Origin: Schmidtea polychroa
Lineage: Eukaryota
Direction: 5' to 3'
Assembly: GCA_044892525.1 (NCBI GenBank)
Contig: CM097885.1
Span: forward strand, 32,304,001 to 32,368,000
DNA: 64,000 nt
Below the pieces are notes generated by a model, which saw only the letters and a program-made list of their open reading frames with translations, was not told the origin of the DNA and searched no databases. Shown here in pieces: positions 62,476 to 64,000 of the stretch. How positions within the stretch are numbered: the first letter of the stretch is position 1; each line of letters opens with the position of its first letter. A program made the position numbers and the translations under genes.

Positions 62476-64000
62476 GACATTACTAATATATTTTACGACA
62501 ACGCTTCGTTATGAATTTAATTTTATGTCTAGAACTTGTAAATGATTCAATGGTTTCAAGTAAGCTTTATTGACGATTGGAAATAAAATATTCTGAAATG
62601 AAGAATAAACCAAAAATGTATTTTGAGCAGTCCTGAACTAATTTAAATAAAGACATTAAATCAAGCTATTTCCATGCAATAATAAAAACTACATACTGAT
62701 GATGGAAAAATTATTTTGTCATCGTGAGAAATTGTCATTGAAATGTTTGATCATCATGTATTCGAAAACATTAAGTAAATTCTCTTATCAGCTGATAAAA
62801 TTTGTCAAAGAATTCAAAACACGCCACAGAACGTTGACAATCAGATTTATGAGCATCTCGAGACAAATACAGATGGATTTGAAAACCTTTAGGCACTTCA
62901 AATTGACGATTCGACTTATATTTGATTACGTTTCTATGATTTATTAGAGATAAAAATTTTGAAAACCAATTTTCTTTTGTACTGAGTTAACGAAAAGTAT
63001 CTAGTAGATGGATTGGGACTCTATGGATCATATGTACATCCTAAGGGGCAAAAACAATTTAAATAATTTTTTAGAACAAAGACAATGACTCATCCGATGA
63101 CTCATCATTTTCTAGAACAAAGACAATTTTTAGATGGACTTCTTTGCTATAAATTACATATATAGAAAATATTGACAAAATAATAACGTAACCAAATGCG
63201 TTTTGTGATTTACACTGCCACAATCATATTCAACAGTTTTACTTGTAGAAATCATCAGTAATAAATAAACTTCTTAATAACTAAATTACTTTTGTTTTTT
63301 TTACATTTATAACAATAAAGATAATCAATAAAATTTTCAAAATAATAATAATAATAATAAAATTAAATATAATAATTATCCTCATTTATTGTATCTTTCA
63401 TATACAGGTACACGTCCACTTTCATAGCAAAAATACATATTTTTCATAAATTTAAACCAAATAAGGTGCATTTTCTTAAAAATTTCACATTTTACCCTTA
63501 TTTATTGCCCCTTACACACTTGCATGCACACAATCACTTTAGATCTCGCTTAGAAATATTTTTCTACCCTTAATACAAAGACATGAACAATACAAGTGCA
63601 TGATTAACATATCGAATGTGATACACCTAACCGCGAAATATAACATTATCTATAATCTAAAAAAAATCAATAAATATATATTATAGGAACACACAAACTT
63701 ACCTGTGTGTAGAAATTTAATGCTGCGAAATTTAACATATTTATTATAGGAATCTAAAAAGTGAGAGAAAATAATTAAGCATACAAGCACAGCACACATA
63801 ATGAAAAATACATACAAAATTAAGTAAAGTGTTTTTCATGCGAAATTCAGATTGATTAACATATAATTAACATATCAATATTTTTAAATTATTTAAAAAA
63901 TTATGTACAAAAAACTTTTGAATCAGATTCCGACTGCTCTACGTTGAGCTTTAGGGAAAAAAAAGAAGATACATCGTAAGATTTAATTATAAAATAATTT

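Overview
Very AT-rich, repeat-dense eukaryotic DNA; an invertebrate animal, possibly a flatworm, is inferred from the (TTA)n microsatellites, a 39-nt intron, the GPCR and the transposon families. Two large structures dominate. (1) Positions 1-15504 are a ~15.5-kb non-coding fold-back element with ~7-kb inverted arms and a ~1-kb spacer. It ends in ...CTACCTACT, and a 1.6-kb relative at 59080-60664 has a 6-bp TSD, which suggests a non-autonomous Polinton/Maverick-like family. (2) Positions 19853-36436 are a young, full-length 16.6-kb Ty3/gypsy-type LTR retroelement (near-identical 866/865-bp LTRs, AATT TSD, tRNA-Trp PBS, PPT) with a virus-like gene set. It encodes one ~3,400-aa polyprotein, broken by a single 1-bp frameshift in integrase, in the order Gag (4 CCHC knuckles) - 2 ubiquitin-like modules - Bcl-2-like domain - signal peptide + chuvirus/class-III-like glycoprotein + TM - PTAP/YPxnL motifs - PR - RT - RNase H - IN - second signal peptide + N-glycosylated TM protein. 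A separate DEDDh (ISG20/REX4-like) exonuclease ORF follows, then a pre-miRNA-like hairpin and an antisense, intron-containing KLHL20 fragment. The rest of the window holds a single-ORF class A GPCR, an RNF115/126-like relic, and many MITEs and relics (hAT, Tc1/mariner, MULE-like, Helitron). Domain calls come from motif recognition by eye; no database searches were run.
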